In this document: positions 18,206 through 28,822 of the stretch, piece by piece | How positions within the stretch are numbered: the first letter of the stretch is position 1 | Layout of the letters: each line of letters starts with the position of its first letter | Assembly (NCBI GenBank): GCA_050250855.1 | Contig: JBFWNW010000003.1 | Span: forward strand, 32,001 to 96,000 | DNA from: Candidatus Babeliales bacterium | GTDB taxonomy: Bacteria; Babelota; Babeliae; Babelales; JACPOV01 | Length of the DNA: 64,000 bases | Direction of reading: 5' to 3' | Translations under genes and position numbers: made by a program | The notes under the pieces: generated by a model | The model's database searches: none | What the model saw: only the letters and a program-made list of their open reading frames with translations | What the model was told of the DNA's origin: nothing

Positions 18206-19215
18206 TGAAAAAACACTTCTTCTTCTTACTTCTTATAAGTTTTTTCTGTTTTCCTGGAGGAAAACCAAACAAAAGCAAGAAACCAAAAAATCAACTATTT
18301 GCTGCATGCAGAGCAAACAATAAAGAATATGTGCAAGAACTTCTTGCACAAAATTCCACGCCACTTGCTTGGCCCTACACATCTTTAGTTCATGAAGCTG
18401 CCGCCACCAAGACTGATGATCCTCATATACTCAATCTTCTTATTGAAAAAGAGTGCAATCCCAACCTTCCCTTAGATCTTAATGGCGAAACTCCTCTGCA
18501 CTGGGCTAGTAGGTTTGGTAATATAAAAATTGTTACTGCTCTTTTAAAACATAATGCTTCTATCGATGCCCTGACCGTTGATAAAAAAACACCGCTCCAT
18601 GAAGCTCTTCTTCAGAATCCATCAGAGAAAATTGTTTCATTATTTCTTAACCACGGCGCTTCAAACAATCTACTTGATCATGCACACAGAACACCTTTAA
18701 GTATCGCAATAGATAAATCTGAATTTCAGATCGTAAGACTTTTACTGGTAAACCCGCCTGAAAAATATAAACGAAAAGAAGAACTGGATAATTCAAAAAA
18801 ACGCATCAAAACATTTTTAGCACTATGTCTTGAAAAATACTTAAATATTCCCAACGATATAAAATTTCATATACTCTCTTTTATGCCGGAAGAAATCTAT
18901 TCACCTGCAATGCTGGTAGCCCTTTTAGAAAATAATACAAGCTTTCTTCATGTTCCCCTGAATAAATATTATCCACTTTCATACTTTGTTGCGGCATTAA
19001 AAAAATTGCAGCATCCTTACCTACAAGAATATGGACCAAAAATGTTGAAAGATTATATACTTACTTGCGCCAATACACTCTGCACAACGCCTTACACATT
19101 ATATGGAAATCGTGAAGACAATGTATATCTACAATGGTGCGTAGATCCACAGAATGACAGCGCACGCAGCTACCTTATTGATGAACATATTAAAAATTTA
19201 CTTAAGACCGAATAA
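18205..19215 (+). CDS. Secreted ankyrin protein with F-box-like motif
   Basis: Signal; ankyrin repeats; RIKTFLALC...LNIPNDIKFHILSFM. Confidence 0.85.
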   Translation: MKKHFFFLLLISFFCFPGGKPNKSKKPKNQLFAACRANNKEYVQELLAQNSTPLAWPYTSLVHEAAATKTDDPHILNLLIEKECNPNLPLDLNGETPLHWASRFGNIKIVTALLKHNASIDALTVDKKTPLHEALLQNPSEKIVSLFLNHGASNNLLDHAHRTPLSIAIDKSEFQIVRLLLVNPPEKYKRKEELDNSKKRIKTFLALCLEKYLNIPNDIKFHILSFMPEEIYSPAMLVALLENNTSFLHVPLNKYYPLSYFVAALKKLQHPYLQEYGPKMLKDYILTCANTLCTTPYTLYGNREDNVYLQWCVDPQNDSARSYLIDEHIKNLLKTE

Positions 19216-21505
19216 CTTTCCTTGTTTTTCCGCCCATGCTTGGTAAAATCATTCCTTGTGCTTCCAGCATATCAATAATGCGTGCCGATCTATTAAAGCC
19301 TATTCTAAATCTACGCTGTAAAGAAGAAATAGAAATCTCATCAACGGTATTTAAATACTGCAAAACCTCTTGATACAACTGCTCGTCAGCTTCAGGCAAT
19401 TGGCCTTCTTTTTTTTCTTTCAGCTCACCAATATCAAGATAGCACACTTTTTGCATACCGCGCACGTGATCAGCAACCTGTTCAATTTCTTGATCTGAAA
19501 CATAGGCGCCGTGAGCGCGCACTAAACGTGATGCACTATCCAAGTAAAGCATATCTCCTTTACCAAGTAGTTTATCGGCGCCAACCGTATCTAAAATAGT
19601 ACGGGAATCAATCTTTGTTGCAATTTTGAATGAAATTCTACTAGGAAAGTTTGCTTTAATAATACCAGTAATGACATCAACGGAAGGACGCTGTGTTGCA
19701 ACAATTAAATGAATACCTGCAGCGCGTGCCATTTGCGCAATACGTGCAATTTTTTCTTCAATTTCTTTGCCAGCAACCATCATTAAATCTGAAAGCTCAT
19801 CGATCATGACAACAATAAACGGCATGTGCTCAAGCCCTTCATCTGCTTGCGCTACTTTATTATAATCAAAAATATTACGCACACCGCATTCTGCCATAAC
19901 TTCATAACGGGCTTCCATGGTCGTAATAACCCACTGCAATACCGGTGCTGCATCTTTTGGATGGGTCACAATAGGAAATAATAAATGAGGAATATCGCCA
20001 TATGGTGCAAACTCTAAACGCTTTGGATCAATTAAAATAAGTTTTAAATCATCGGGCTTACAGCGACATAAAAGGCTCATTAAAATAACATTCATAGCAA
20101 CTGATTTACCAGAACCGGTTGAACCGGCAATGAGTACGTGCGGCATTGCTGTTAAATCTACAATCATAGTATTGCCTGTCGTATCAACACCAAGGACTAA
20201 CGGCAAGCGCCCTGCAAAATTAACAAACTCTTTTGAGTGCACAATTGTTGAAAATAAAACATCAGAGCGCACTTTATTGGCAACCTCAAAACCAACAACT
20301 GAAGTTCCTGGAATTGGTGCAATAATACGAATGCTGGTTGCTTGTAATGCGAGTGCTAAATCATCTTCTAACGCAATAATTTTACTAATTTTTGAATCAA
20401 TATGCGGTTGATATTCAAATAACGTAATTACCGGCCCTGCTTTTATGCCGACCACGGTTCCTTGAATACCAAAACGCGCAAGCTTTTCTTCTAATATTTT
20501 TGCCATTGCTTCATGTTCTTGACGAACACTTGGATCACCAAAGCGTTTTGCATCTTGCTTAAAAAGATCCAAAGGTGGTAACTGATAGGGGATTTCACGA
20601 GAATTTTTTACTACCTGTTTTACTGGTTCTTTCTTTACCGGCTCAGTATAATCATACTCAAAGGTATAGAGCTTTTCATCTTCTTGAGGATTCATTGTTG
20701 TATGTTGCATATCTTGATCAAACTGCATCAATGATTTCTGGTTAAACGTTCCCCAAATAGGATCTTCTACTACGTCAGATACTTCTTGTTGAACAATCTG
20801 CTGAAAATCAAGTGAACTTCCTTTATACTTTTTTTCTACATAATGGCTATTCAAAAGATTATACGCATGCGTGAGCAAAAAAGCACAGGGGCGCCATACA
20901 GCTGCTACAACAATATATACAGCATTAAAAAAAGGTTTTACCACGAAATCATAGCTTAGAGCAAAACGTGCATAATAGATTATTTTTGAAACTACTATCG
21001 ATAACGATAAACGAGAAAGAATTATAAGCGTAATAAAGAGTGCAACATGTAAAAACAACGCCGCTACAAGCGTATCTGTTACGCCAACAAGTTGCTTGTA
21101 TAAAAATGATCCTATCTGGCCACCTGCAGGAAAGCTGTGCGGCACAATAGCTGTTTTATACGATGCCCCCACCATAGAGCAGATAAAAATGCCACACACG
21201 GCAGCAATAAGACGATCCCACTCTTCTTTCCATTCGTCACACAAAAAAACATAAGAGATAAAAAAGAAAAAAGGTATAAGCAGAAGAGCTGCAGAACCAA
21301 AAAGAAAAAATAACAATGCTGCAGCATTTGCACCTATTGAGCCTAAAACATTTTTAATAACCTGGCTTCCCGAACGGGCAAAAAACCATGAAGGATCATC
21401 AGGATGAAACGAAAATAGTGCGCAGGCAACAACGAGAGAAAAACTAAATAAACATAGCGACGCTATAACTTTTTTGAGCATAGCTTTTGAATATACTACC
21501 TTCAT
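19202..21505 (-). CDS. ftsK: DNA translocase FtsK
   Basis: N-terminal TM domain, PHVLIAGSTGSGKSV, IDELSDLMM, ATQRPSVDVITG, gamma domain LQRRFRIGFNRSARIID. Confidence 0.97.
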   Translation of the reverse strand: MKVVYSKAMLKKVIASLCLFSFSLVVACALFSFHPDDPSWFFARSGSQVIKNVLGSIGANAAALLFFLFGSAALLLIPFFFFISYVFLCDEWKEEWDRLIAAVCGIFICSMVGASYKTAIVPHSFPAGGQIGSFLYKQLVGVTDTLVAALFLHVALFITLIILSRLSLSIVVSKIIYYARFALSYDFVVKPFFNAVYIVVAAVWRPCAFLLTHAYNLLNSHYVEKKYKGSSLDFQQIVQQEVSDVVEDPIWGTFNQKSLMQFDQDMQHTTMNPQEDEKLYTFEYDYTEPVKKEPVKQVVKNSREIPYQLPPLDLFKQDAKRFGDPSVRQEHEAMAKILEEKLARFGIQGTVVGIKAGPVITLFEYQPHIDSKISKIIALEDDLALALQATSIRIIAPIPGTSVVGFEVANKVRSDVLFSTIVHSKEFVNFAGRLPLVLGVDTTGNTMIVDLTAMPHVLIAGSTGSGKSVAMNVILMSLLCRCKPDDLKLILIDPKRLEFAPYGDIPHLLFPIVTHPKDAAPVLQWVITTMEARYEVMAECGVRNIFDYNKVAQADEGLEHMPFIVVMIDELSDLMMVAGKEIEEKIARIAQMARAAGIHLIVATQRPSVDVITGIIKANFPSRISFKIATKIDSRTILDTVGADKLLGKGDMLYLDSASRLVRAHGAYVSDQEIEQVADHVRGMQKVCYLDIGELKEKKEGQLPEADEQLYQEVLQYLNTVDEISISSLQRRFRIGFNRSARIIDMLEAQGMILPSMGGKTRKVIRS

Positions 21506-21522
21506 CCCTCACCCTTCTTTAA

Positions 21523-22293
21523 TCAGAGAAATAATGCAACCAGAACAAGCGCTGCCGTATACCAAGCAAAAAGCCACAACCTTTCTGCTCGAGCAATTTT
21601 TTCAACATAATAAAAACAAAAATAGGCAACACTACTCCCTATTAGCATAATAAACAGGAACGGTAAGTTCAATAAAACAGTTCCTTGAAGCTGATAAACC
21701 TTATAAACTCCTAATAAAAATGCTGCACAATTTATGGGCCATGATATTAAAAATGAAAGCTCAAATGCTCTTTGTGCAGAAAACCCTAACCAACGTGCAG
21801 CAACAAAGGTACTACCAAAACGTGAAATGCCGGGAAGCAGCGCCAATCCTTGTACAAGCCCAAGAAGCCATGCATTATAAATAGAATAGGAAACCGCCTT
21901 CTTTTTTTGAGGTACAAAGCGTAAAGAAAAAAGCAAACAGGTTGTTATAAAGAATCCGTATGGCAAAAACTGTTTGGGTATAAGTAAGGTATCAAACAAC
22001 AGCCAAAAGAAAACCGTTATCAACTCCGTAATAAACCCTGCAATACAAAGCTTAATAACGGTAGGCCATGTTCTGCGTATATGCCGCGCTATAAAAAACC
22101 AACGAGGGAAAAAGTATACTGCTAGCGTAAGCGCTATAGCCCCATGGGAAAGATAATCAATAACGGTAAGCATTGTTTTTGAAAAGGTGTAACCGTACCT
22201 ACTTAAAAACTCTGTCAGCAATATTATATTACCCGAGCTACTGATGGGAAAACATTCAAGAATAATGGAGAGGAATAAAAGTAATAAAAGCAT
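21523..22293 (-). CDS. uppP: Undecaprenyl-diphosphate phosphatase UppP/BacA
   Basis: ECFPISSSG and QGLALLPGISRFGST motifs; multi-TM. Confidence 0.88.
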   Translation of the reverse strand: MLLLLLFLSIILECFPISSSGNIILLTEFLSRYGYTFSKTMLTVIDYLSHGAIALTLAVYFFPRWFFIARHIRRTWPTVIKLCIAGFITELITVFFWLLFDTLLIPKQFLPYGFFITTCLLFSLRFVPQKKKAVSYSIYNAWLLGLVQGLALLPGISRFGSTFVAARWLGFSAQRAFELSFLISWPINCAAFLLGVYKVYQLQGTVLLNLPFLFIMLIGSSVAYFCFYYVEKIARAERLWLFAWYTAALVLVALFL

Positions 22294-22301
22294 GTATAGC
22301 C

Positions 22302-22844
22302 TTACCTATTTATATTAGCAGCAATCCGTTCTTCAAGAATATCACACAACTCAAAAATTTTTTTCTTAGATAAAAAGGGAGAAGGTATTCTAATTTTTTT
22401 TATGCTGCCATCATAGTCAGAATGCTCAATTATTAACGTATACGTACCCTGCACTTTAGCAATCTCCATACCTTTAATATGCGTTAAGGGAAGGCGTATT
22501 CTTTTTTTCAGAAAAAAGCGACCGCTTGAAAACAGTCGAAAATAAGGATATTCAATATGCGTTGAGGTAACCGTAATTTTTTCCCTATAGAACATAACGC
22601 ATACTATAAAAATAATTAAAAACGCTAGCAAAAGAATTATGCCCAAGGATATCAGAAAAATCGTATGCCCTCGTACCGAAAGCATAATGGTTGGCAACCC
22701 TCTTATAAAAACTATCTCAAGGGCTCTTGTATTACTATAAGCCTCATAAAAGGAAAATACTCCTAAAAAAGCACAAAATAGGCAAGCAAAAAGAAACCAG
22801 CCAATTTTATAGGTAAAAGTCACGGTATTATTATCTTTATTCAT
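22302..22844 (-). CDS. Hypothetical membrane protein (2 TM plus soluble domain)
   Basis: Two hydrophobic helices followed by a beta-rich domain; start probably MNKD. Confidence 0.6.
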   Translation of the reverse strand: MNKDNNTVTFTYKIGWFLFACLFCAFLGVFSFYEAYSNTRALEIVFIRGLPTIMLSVRGHTIFLISLGIILLLAFLIIFIVCVMFYREKITVTSTHIEYPYFRLFSSGRFFLKKRIRLPLTHIKGMEIAKVQGTYTLIIEHSDYDGSIKKIRIPSPFLSKKKIFELCDILEERIAANINR

Positions 22845-23053
22845 GCTAGAAACCTTGCAAAACAAGCAATGTAAGCTGATTATTCATTTTTTTACCATAT
22901 AGTATATACTTAATTATATAAAAGATTAGGGTAAAAGTTTCTTTTTTAATGAAAGATTTAGCATATTAAATATATTTTTATTTCTATTAGAGATAAAGCC
23001 TTATTTAGGTATCTATATATCAAGAAAAAAATAAATACTGAGGACACTTTTTT

Positions 23054-23953
23054 ATGAAAAAACATGCGAATACATCTTTTACCCATTGCCTCATAATAAC
23101 CCTTAAGCCATTCCTTTACCTATTCGAGTTCATACTCACCATCGCAACACGAATAAAAGTAGAAATTTTATTACTTCTGGGTACTAATGCGACAAGAAAA
23201 AATCAAGAATTTATTAATGCAGCAAAATATAACCATGTCGCCATCTTGAAAAGATTACGTGCCCATGGTGTTGATAGTAATACCAGCAATAAAGATGGCA
23301 ACACGGCGTTAATAATTGCCGCTGCTTATGGGCACATAAAAACTATAGAATTTCTTATAAACAATGGCGCTGAGGTAAACCAGGTCAATAACTATGGACG
23401 CTCCGCATTAATACTTGCAGCTTTTAATAACCATAAGGAGTGTGCTCAACGTTTATTACAAGCACATGCTTCTCTTGCTACCGCTGATAATGACGGCAAC
23501 ACTGCATTAATGGCTGCTGCGGCTAATGGATGCAAAAACGCTACAGAACTACTCATACAGCATGGCGCCAATATCAATACTACCAATAAGTTTGGGTATA
23601 CGGCTCTCATTTTTGCTGCTGCACAAGGTGATAAAGAAAGTGTACAGATGTTGCTTGAACATGGCGCTCAGGTAAATGCCACCACCAAGCATGGCTATAC
23701 TGCTTTAATGGATGCTGCTTATTGGGGTGATAAAGATATTGTTGCATTATTGCTCAAGCATGGCGCTAACGTTAATGCAATCAATACCAATTGCCACACC
23801 GCCTTAACGCTTGCTACGCACCAAGGCCATGAAGAAATTGTTGCTATGCTTTTAAAGCATGGCGCAGATAGTTCTATAAAAAACAATACGAGCAAAACAG
23901 TAAAAGATTCAACATCCCAGCTGTTAGAAGACAATTTTGAATATTCTGAGTAA
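23054..23953 (+). CDS. Ankyrin repeat protein
   Basis: About 7 GxTALxxAA...LLxHGA repeats. Confidence 0.9.
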   Translation: MKKHANTSFTHCLIITLKPFLYLFEFILTIATRIKVEILLLLGTNATRKNQEFINAAKYNHVAILKRLRAHGVDSNTSNKDGNTALIIAAAYGHIKTIEFLINNGAEVNQVNNYGRSALILAAFNNHKECAQRLLQAHASLATADNDGNTALMAAAANGCKNATELLIQHGANINTTNKFGYTALIFAAAQGDKESVQMLLEHGAQVNATTKHGYTALMDAAYWGDKDIVALLLKHGANVNAINTNCHTALTLATHQGHEEIVAMLLKHGADSSIKNNTSKTVKDSTSQLLEDNFEYSE

Positions 23954-23955
23954 AG

Positions 23956-25344
23956 GTGCCCATGGAAACAACTAAGCAATTATTTGAAGCGGTAGAAAAA
24001 AATGACACCAGAAAAGTAAAAGAGTTATTGAAAAAAAATGCCCACGTGAATGCAACCGATGAACATGGCGGCACAGCATTAATGGCTGCAGCTGGAAAAG
24101 GATATACGAGCATTGTAAAAACTCTTTTGTCGCATGGCGCTCAGGTTAATACACACGGTGTTTTTGGTCTCACTGCTTTAATGTTAGCTTCTGCCAAAGG
24201 TGCTAAAAAAACAGTAGAACTTTTAATTAATCATGGTGCTGATGTTAATAGTTCTGCTGATTGTGGAGAAACAGCCTTAATGGAAGCCGCCGTAAGAGGA
24301 AAATATGCTGTTTGCACCGTGCTTCTTGAACATAATGCTGACATAAATGCTCAAGATCACGAAGGTAATTCTGCTTTAATGAAAATAGCTCTTGAAAGTC
24401 ATAAAGATTATATGCGCATCGTTCTTGATGCTCTGGATGATATTGATGATTGGAGTGAGGCTACTCGAAAAAAAATGAATATAATTCAGATATCTGACAA
24501 TGAACGACACATACCTGAGGATGCAATAATCAAAGCACAAGCAAACCGTGCTGCTGCGCATAAAAAAATTGTAAAATTATTTTTAAAACATGGCGCCAAT
24601 ATAGCAATAAAAAATAATGAAAAAGAAGAAGCTTTAGATCTTGCTCATGACAATGCTCTTAAAAAACTTCTTTTAGAAGCTACAAAGTCAGATACTCCCA
24701 TAAAACAACTAGGATATTTTAAAGCGGCAGACCCAAATGACGAAAATGAGTTGATAGCTCATGATGCTGATGTTAATATCCCTTATGATGATTCTGATGG
24801 GTGGACTCGCTTGCTTGCCGCTGCCAGTGGGGGCACCAAAAACGAAGTAGAGTTTTTAATTAATCATGGTGCTGATGTTAATATGCCTAGTAATTTTGGC
24901 ATTACACCGTTAATGGAAGCAGCTGTAAAAGGAAAATATGCTGTTTGCACCGTGCTTCTTGAACATAATGCTGACATAAATGCTAGAGATCGCAACGGTA
25001 ATTCTGCTTTAATGAAAATAGCCCTTGAAAGTCAGAATTATTTTACGCGAATCATGCTTGATGCTCTGGATGATATTCGAGATTGGAGTGAGGCTACTCA
25101 AAAAAAAATGAATATAGTTCAATCTAGCAATGAAAGCCTCATTCCTTGGGATGCAATGATCAAAGCGCAAGCTAACCGTGCTGCTGCGCATAAAAAAATT
25201 GTAAAATTATTTTTAAAACATGGCGCCGATATAGCAATAAAAAATAATGACGGTAAAACTGCTTTAGACCTTGCCCATGACAATGCTCTTAAAAAACTTC
25301 TTTTAGAAGCTCAAGCAAATAAAGGCTCTCATGAAAAACACTAA
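23956..25344 (+). CDS. Ankyrin repeat protein with internal duplication
   Basis: Ankyrin repeats plus a duplicated ~153 aa block. Confidence 0.9.
   Translation: MPMETTKQLFEAVEKNDTRKVKELLKKNAHVNATDEHGGTALMAAAGKGYTSIVKTLLSHGAQVNTHGVFGLTALMLASAKGAKKTVELLINHGADVNSSADCGETALMEAAVRGKYAVCTVLLEHNADINAQDHEGNSALMKIALESHKDYMRIVLDALDDIDDWSEATRKKMNIIQISDNERHIPEDAIIKAQANRAAAHKKIVKLFLKHGANIAIKNNEKEEALDLAHDNALKKLLLEATKSDTPIKQLGYFKAADPNDENELIAHDADVNIPYDDSDGWTRLLAAASGGTKNEVEFLINHGADVNMPSNFGITPLMEAAVKGKYAVCTVLLEHNADINARDRNGNSALMKIALESQNYFTRIMLDALDDIRDWSEATQKKMNIVQSSNESLIPWDAMIKAQANRAAAHKKIVKLFLKHGADIAIKNNDGKTALDLAHDNALKKLLLEAQANKGSHEKH
24221..25311 (+). repeat. Intragenic ~460-bp direct repeat (24221-24681 / 24854-25311)
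   Basis: Long identical runs, e.g. GGAAAATATGCTGTTTGCACCGTGCTTCTTGAACATAATGCTGACATAAATGCT in both copies. Confidence 0.9.
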
Positions 25345-27112
25345 ACAATTATTTAAAGCACTAGAAGAACGTAATCTTGAAAAAGTAAAAGAATTAATAA
25401 CACAGGGCGTTGATTTAGATCAGCGCGATAAAGAAGGCAATACGCCCTTAATACTTGCTTCATACTGGGGCAATAAAGAAATGGTAGAGCTTCTAATAAC
25501 ACATGGCAGCTCGGTCAATAGCACTAACCATTATGGCGATACTGCTTTAATGAAAGCTGCTGATCAAGACCAAGCCGATATTGTAAAAATTCTCCTAAAA
25601 AATGGTGCTACAGTAAATGTTGTTAATGAAGATAACAATACAGCTCTCATAAAAGCTGCATCATGGGCTCACAAAAAAGTTGTAGCATTATTATTAAAGC
25701 ATGGCGCCGATATAAATGCAGCTAATAAATATAATGAAACTGCTTTAATGTGTGCTAGTAAACGTGGAAATCAGGGCATTATAAATCTACTCCTAGAGCA
25801 TGGAGCTCAACTTCATGCAACCGATAAAGAAGGTCTTACACCTTTAATGCTGGCGCAAGGCAATAAAAAGGCTACAGAATTACTCTTAAAAAAAGGCGCT
25901 TCTAGTACAGGCTATAAATTACTTGATGCGGTACGTGAAGGATATAAAGATATTGCAGAACAGCTTCTTAAAACTGGCGCATCTCCTAATCAAAAAAATA
26001 AAGATGGTAATCCTGCTTTAATAATTGCAACAAAACAAAATAATACAGAAATGGCAGCATTACTCTTAAAAAATGGCGCTACCATCAATGCTAAAGATGA
26101 AAATGGCACTACTGCCTTACTATTAGCAGTCCAACAAAATAATAAAGAACTTGTAGAGCTTCTTATAAAAAGTGGTGCCAATATAAATTTTGTAGATGAA
26201 AATAAAAATACTGCTTTAATGTATGCTGCACAGTATGATTATGCAACTATTGTAGAATTACTCATAAAAAATAAAGCTACCATAGATACTAAAGACCAAA
26301 CTGGCCAAACAGCCTTAATGATTGCAGCAGCTAACGGCTCTCTACAAACTGTTACTTTATTACTACATCAGGATGCGTCTCTCGATGCTGATAATTATGG
26401 CAACACAGCCTTAATGAAAGCAGCAAATGCAGGGCATCAAGCTATTGTAGCATTGCTCTTAAAAAATAATACTCACTTGGATAAAACTAATGAAGGTGAC
26501 TGCTCTGCTTTACGCCATGCAGCCATTATGAACAATAAAAATATTGTAGAGTTATTGTTAAAAAGCGGCGCCACACTCCCTAAAACATTGATTGCTTCTT
26601 TATTTCATTCTTCAAACATTTATAGTTTATTGAGCACAAAATATAATATTGATACTGCTTATATAACAGCAAAAGATACAAAGCTTATTAAAAAAGCTTA
26701 CGAAGATAAAATTGCTCTTATTGAATTATTATTAAGCCATGGAGCGACCATAAATGCTCCTGACAATGAAGGCAACACTGCTCTCATAAATCTTATATGT
26801 TGGGTTTGGCCAGCTTCTTGGTGCCCTAAAGCTTATAAAGAACTGCTAGAATTCTTACTCAGAAATGGCGCCGATGTTAATGCTTCCAATAAAGATGGCA
26901 CTACTGCTCTTTTAGAGGCTGCTTATAAAGGTGATGCTGATGCAGTGGCATTATTATTAAAACATGGTGCGAATGTACATACTACTGATGCATCTGGCAA
27001 TACAGCTTTGATAAATGTTCTGTATAATCCCGTAAAAAAAATTGTTGATTTACTTTTAAAACATGGTGCCGATATAACAATAAAAAATAAGGATTTTCAT
27101 GAGAATGCCTAA
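25331..27112 (+). CDS. Ankyrin repeat protein
   Basis: More than 15 ankyrin repeats; no signal peptide. Confidence 0.92.
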   Translation: MKNTKQLFKALEERNLEKVKELITQGVDLDQRDKEGNTPLILASYWGNKEMVELLITHGSSVNSTNHYGDTALMKAADQDQADIVKILLKNGATVNVVNEDNNTALIKAASWAHKKVVALLLKHGADINAANKYNETALMCASKRGNQGIINLLLEHGAQLHATDKEGLTPLMLAQGNKKATELLLKKGASSTGYKLLDAVREGYKDIAEQLLKTGASPNQKNKDGNPALIIATKQNNTEMAALLLKNGATINAKDENGTTALLLAVQQNNKELVELLIKSGANINFVDENKNTALMYAAQYDYATIVELLIKNKATIDTKDQTGQTALMIAAANGSLQTVTLLLHQDASLDADNYGNTALMKAANAGHQAIVALLLKNNTHLDKTNEGDCSALRHAAIMNNKNIVELLLKSGATLPKTLIASLFHSSNIYSLLSTKYNIDTAYITAKDTKLIKKAYEDKIALIELLLSHGATINAPDNEGNTALINLICWVWPASWCPKAYKELLEFLLRNGADVNASNKDGTTALLEAAYKGDADAVALLLKHGANVHTTDASGNTALINVLYNPVKKIVDLLLKHGADITIKNKDFHENA

Positions 27113-28814
27113 ACCACTTTTTCAGGCGCTCTATAAAAATAATATTGAAAAAGTAAAAGAACTTATTGCTACTGGTGCCGATTGCAATGCAAAAGAGGAT
27201 GGTCAAACAGCATTGACGTTAGCAATCTTGCGAAATTCTCAAGAACTTGTGAACCTCTTATTGCAAGCTGGCGCTGATGTAAATTTAGCCAGAAAAGAAG
27301 ACTTTTATACGCCACTTATGGTTGCCGTAATCATGAAGAACAGTGATCTTGTAGCAACACTTCTTGCACATAAAGCTCAGGTTGATGTGCACAGTCCCGT
27401 TGATGGCATGACCCCGCTCAGATTGGCTATCAAGCGGGGCTTTAAAGATATTGCAGAGCTTTTGTTACATGCAAGCAATGATCTTGATAATCAACAAAAA
27501 TATACTGCTCTATGCCTTGAGGCGCATCGCCACAACCGTCATGCTATGGTAGATTTGCTGAGTGCCAAAACAAATATTGACCCAACGCTCAAAGAAAAAC
27601 TAAAAGAAAAACCTACACAAGCCTTGTTTCAAGCAATAAAAGAAAATAATAAAGAAAAAGTGCAAGAAGCACTCTTACAAGGTGCTGATATAGAACACAG
27701 AAATGAAAAAGGTAATACTCCGTTGCTAGAAGCCTATCACCATTATCAAGATACTATCATAAAACTTTTACTACAGCATGGAGCCGATACTCAGGAAATT
27801 AAAGAATCAATAGCCGTTTACTACACTAATATATTTGAATCATTTTGTTGCTATAGAGCTTTTAACCCCGTTGAAAATATAATAAAAGGATTAACAAGCT
27901 ATGGCATTGACGCCATAAATGAACCTGGTTGCGACAATGCCACCGTTCTTATGGAAGCATCAAATGCCGGTGAGACCAAATTGGTAAAACTTTTAATAGA
28001 ACATGGCGCGCAGGTAAACCTTGTTGATAAGTATGGCAACACTGCTCTTATGAGGGCTGCAGATACCGGACACCTTGAAATTGTACAGTACTTACTCGAG
28101 CATGGCGCTGAAATAGATCACGTTGATGAATATGGTAATTCTGCACTACGAAAAGCAGCCAGAAACGGCCACACTCAGGTAGTAAAACTGCTTCTAGATC
28201 ACGGCGCAGATATTAACCAAAGAAATAGTTATGGTGGCACGCTTTTAATGGCTGCTTCCTATAGTGGCCATGCTGACATAGTCAAAATTTTGTTAGAACG
28301 TGGCGCAGATATACATCTTACTGACAATGCTCATGAAACCGCTTTAGATAAAGCCGCACAACGCAAAAAAGTTGAGGTGATAAAAGTATTAGTAGAACAT
28401 GGCGCACCGATAACATCATCACTTTCTCTTGATGTGGCAACATTCTTCAAGAATATCAAGCGTGGCAACTTAGTAGAGATAGAATTAGCGTTATTCCTTA
28501 ATAAAGACGCACACATTAACGCTACTAATAATCAAGGAAATACTGCTTTACATATGACACTAGAGGCAGAAGGACATGCTGTGGTTATCAAGCTATTCCT
28601 TGATCATGGAGCTGATATTAATCTCTGCAATAATGAAGGTTATTCAGTAATAATGCTTGCAGTGCAAAAACGCAGAAAAGATGTAGTAACACTTTTATTA
28701 CAAGCTGGCGCTGATCTCTCTTTACAAAGCAAAGAAGGAAAAACAGCCCTTGATTATGCACAGCATGAGGAAATAAAAGCAATGATCTTGCAAGCTCAAA
28801 AAAAATTAGGATAA
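27099..28814 (+). CDS. Ankyrin repeat protein
   Basis: Multiple ankyrin repeats; 14-nt overlap with the upstream gene. Confidence 0.92.
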   Translation: MRMPKPLFQALYKNNIEKVKELIATGADCNAKEDGQTALTLAILRNSQELVNLLLQAGADVNLARKEDFYTPLMVAVIMKNSDLVATLLAHKAQVDVHSPVDGMTPLRLAIKRGFKDIAELLLHASNDLDNQQKYTALCLEAHRHNRHAMVDLLSAKTNIDPTLKEKLKEKPTQALFQAIKENNKEKVQEALLQGADIEHRNEKGNTPLLEAYHHYQDTIIKLLLQHGADTQEIKESIAVYYTNIFESFCCYRAFNPVENIIKGLTSYGIDAINEPGCDNATVLMEASNAGETKLVKLLIEHGAQVNLVDKYGNTALMRAADTGHLEIVQYLLEHGAEIDHVDEYGNSALRKAARNGHTQVVKLLLDHGADINQRNSYGGTLLMAASYSGHADIVKILLERGADIHLTDNAHETALDKAAQRKKVEVIKVLVEHGAPITSSLSLDVATFFKNIKRGNLVEIELALFLNKDAHINATNNQGNTALHMTLEAEGHAVVIKLFLDHGADINLCNNEGYSVIMLAVQKRRKDVVTLLLQAGADLSLQSKEGKTALDYAQHEEIKAMILQAQKKLG

Positions 28815-28822
28815 CTTAACAC

